Assembly (NCBI GenBank): GCA_035628275.1
Contig: DASPKD010000056.1
Coordinates: 1,154-65,153, forward strand
Direction: 5' to 3'
Source of the DNA: Caulobacteraceae bacterium
GTDB taxonomy: Bacteria > Pseudomonadota > Alphaproteobacteria > Caulobacterales > Caulobacteraceae
DNA length: 64,000 nucleotides
A program made the position numbers and the translations under genes. Shown here one piece after another: positions 62,107 to 64,000 of the stretch; the stretch's first letter is position 1; each line of letters begins with the position of its first letter. A model generated the notes under the pieces. It did no database searches, was not told where the DNA came from, and saw nothing but the letters and a program-made list of their open reading frames with translations.

Positions 62107-63750
62107 ATGTCCAGGCTTTATTCGACCCCCGGAACGCCTCTCGCCGCGCCCGGGCCCCGCGCGGCCTTTGAAGCGGCCATCAGCTCGGGTTATGCGGCGC
62201 GTCGCGCAGGGCGGCTGAACGACGCCCTGGTTGCGGCGGAGCAGGCGGTGAAAGCGGCGCCCGCCCGCCCCGAAGGCTGGTTCCTTTACGGATCGACGCT
62301 GAGCGAACTTAACAGGTACCAGGAAGCCGTTTCCGCGCTGGAACGATCAGCGGACCTGACGCCCTCCCCCCCCGCCGCCAGAGCGCATGTCCTTGCGGAA
62401 AAGGCCCGCGCCCTGGTGGGGGCGTGGCGGTGGGCCGAGGCGGCGGAGGCGGCGCGCCAGTCGATCGCGCTCGGGCCGACGGACCCGGAGGTCAACAACC
62501 TGCTTGGGCTGGTCCTAACCCGCATCAAGCGGCTGGAGCCGGCGCTGGACCGGTTGGAAGCCGCCGTCGCGGCCAAGCCCGATCGTGCCGACTTCTGGAT
62601 GAACTGCGGCCTGGCCCGCTTCTATATGGGGCGGATCGAAGCCGCGGAGGCCGCGTTCGAACAGGCTATCCACCGCGCTCCTAACATGGCCCCAGCCTAC
62701 CTCGCCCTGTCCAAGCTGAAGCGCTGGACCGCGGTAAGCAATCACGTGGACCGTATCCGGTCGGCTCGCGGCGCCGCCTCCGCCCCGATCGATCGCGCCC
62801 GGCTCGGCTACGCCCTGTTCAAGGAGTTGGACGATCTCGGGCGGAAGGAGGAGGCGTGGACGGCGCTCGAGCATTCGGCGTCAGCCGTCGCATCGTTGCG
62901 ACCTTGGTCCACGGAGCGGGAACAGCGCTTGGTGGAGCGCCTGGAGTCCGCCTTTCCTCCGGCGATGTTCAAACCCGCGCCGCCGCGCCAAGGCGGTCCG
63001 CGGCCGATCTTCATCGTCGGGCTCCCGCGATCGGGAACCACGCTGATCGAGCGTATCCTGGCGGCGCACAGCCGCGTGTCGGCCATGGGCGAGTTGCAGA
63101 CGTTCCGCGTCATCATGAAAGGCGACGGCGTCGATGAAGCGGACCTGATCTCCCCGGAAGCGCTGGACCGGGAATTCCGCTGGGCCAAGGTGGCCCAGAC
63201 CTACTGGAAAGAAACCGCCTTTCTCGCCGGCCGTTCGCCCCAGGTGATCGACAAGCTGCCGCAGAACCATCTGTTCTGCGGCCCCATCCGCCTGGCTTTC
63301 CCCGAGGCGGCGATCATCCATGTCAGGCGCGATCCCATGGACTCGCTGTTCGGCGCCTACAAGGTGCTGTTCGGGCGCGCCTACCCCTGGTCCTACAGCT
63401 TTCAAGGCCTGCACGACCACTTCCTGGCCTACCGGCGGCTGATGGATCACTGGCGCGCCTGTCTGGGCGACGGACTGATCGAAGTTTCATACGAAGCGCT
63501 GACCGCCAATCCCGAGGCAGAGATCCGCCGGCTGCTGGACCGGTGCGGCCTGCCGTTCGAGGAGGCGTGCCTGTCCCCGCACGAAACCGAAGGCGCGGTC
63601 ACGACATCCAGCGCCTCGCAGGTGCGCGAGCCGATCAGCCGCAAGTCCGTCGGCGGATGGCGGCGCTACGCCGCCCAGCTCGAACCGCTGCGGCTGATGC
63701 TGGAGCGATCCGGGATCGTCGACGCGAACGGCGACCCGCTCGAGCGGTGA
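62107..63750 (+). CDS. TPR-repeat protein fused to a PAPS-dependent sulfotransferase domain
   Basis: The N-terminal half is TPR repeats. The C-terminal half has the 5'-PSB motif GLPRSGTTL and the 3'-PB-like RRDPMDSLFG. ATG 62107 is chosen because the track start GTG 62044 sits on the upstream terminator T tract. Confidence 0.75.
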   Translation: MSRLYSTPGTPLAAPGPRAAFEAAISSGYAARRAGRLNDALVAAEQAVKAAPARPEGWFLYGSTLSELNRYQEAVSALERSADLTPSPPAARAHVLAEKARALVGAWRWAEAAEAARQSIALGPTDPEVNNLLGLVLTRIKRLEPALDRLEAAVAAKPDRADFWMNCGLARFYMGRIEAAEAAFEQAIHRAPNMAPAYLALSKLKRWTAVSNHVDRIRSARGAASAPIDRARLGYALFKELDDLGRKEEAWTALEHSASAVASLRPWSTEREQRLVERLESAFPPAMFKPAPPRQGGPRPIFIVGLPRSGTTLIERILAAHSRVSAMGELQTFRVIMKGDGVDEADLISPEALDREFRWAKVAQTYWKETAFLAGRSPQVIDKLPQNHLFCGPIRLAFPEAAIIHVRRDPMDSLFGAYKVLFGRAYPWSYSFQGLHDHFLAYRRLMDHWRACLGDGLIEVSYEALTANPEAEIRRLLDRCGLPFEEACLSPHETEGAVTTSSASQVREPISRKSVGGWRRYAAQLEPLRLMLERSGIVDANGDPLER

Positions 63751-63824
63751 GGCCGAGGGCAACGCGCCCTTAATGATTAACGGAGATGCTCGCGCTCGAA
63801 CAAACCGCGCGGGCGTCCTCTCCC

Positions 63825-64000
63825 ATGTTCCAGATCATCGGCATCGTCGTGCTGTTCGCCATGGTGTTCGGCAGCTACCTGATGGCGGGCGGCAACATGG
63901 GGGTGATCCTGCACGCTCTGCCGCACGAGATGATGGCCATCGGCGGCGCGGGCGTCGCCGCCTTCCTGATCGGCAACAAGGTCTCGACCATCAAGGGCAC
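63825..64000 (+). CDS. motA: Flagellar motor stator protein MotA, N-terminal part (3' end outside the window)
   Basis: MFQIIGIVVLFAMVFGSYLMAGGNMGVILHALPHEMMAIGGAGVAAFLIGN matches the MotA N-terminus pattern. The frame is open to the window end. An in-frame ATG at 63786 is an alternative start. Confidence 0.7.
   Translation, partial: MFQIIGIVVLFAMVFGSYLMAGGNMGVILHALPHEMMAIGGAGVAAFLIGNKVSTIKG

Noticed and set aside
63770-63781. TTAATGATTAAC upstream of motA as a CtrA box
   Set aside because: The spacing is TTAA-N3-TTAA, not the TTAA-N7-TTAAC that CtrA requires. At best it contains a single half site.

Overview
This is a high-GC (roughly 70% by eye) alphaproteobacterial chromosome segment. It looks most like Caulobacterales: ChpT histidine phosphotransferase, TonB-dependent receptor, TraB/GumN and S46 peptidase paralogues, and an EcfG/SigT-type promoter motif. 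I call about 57 protein-coding genes, one tRNA-Gly(CCC), several intrinsic terminators and a few candidate regulatory sites. Most of the content is core housekeeping. It includes phosphate/phosphonate uptake (phnE, OprO/P-type porin, PstS-like protein), cysQ, chpT, a DevCAB/MacAB-like tripartite ABC exporter and two tandem S46 dipeptidyl-peptidases. Next come pgsA, a PIN/Phd toxin-antitoxin pair wedged between pgsA and uvrC, apaG, a class A PBP, rpmE, an L,D-transpeptidase, ahpCD-oxyR and ldcA with a MurC/Mpl-like ligase. The rest comprises mutY-yaaA, bdhA, tsaC, dcd, dapB, aroC, pdxH, an acyl-CoA ligase, an oppBC/oppA cluster, a TonB-dependent receptor, a TPR-sulfotransferase and the start of motA. 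I saw no rRNA, CRISPR array, transposase, integrase or phage genes, and no clear-cut multi-gene defence island. Four poorly understood loci are the most promising. (1) A tail-anchored acidic protein plus a Cys-rich radical SAM enzyme sit just after tRNA-Gly, behind a GGAAC-N17-CGTT general-stress promoter motif. (2) A GumN / small membrane protein / XRE regulator / GumN cassette carries a triple CTGTAMAG operator-like motif. (3) A TetR-linked pair encodes a kinase-like/P-loop fusion and a Tat-exported double-retropepsin-PDZ protease. (4) A 50-aa lipoprotein candidate is followed by a highly structured 170-nt element bounded by a duplicated hairpin. All functional calls rest on my recognition of motifs in the translations; no database search was run. 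Many long ORFs in the six-frame track are antisense or alternate-frame artefacts of the GC content and were not called.
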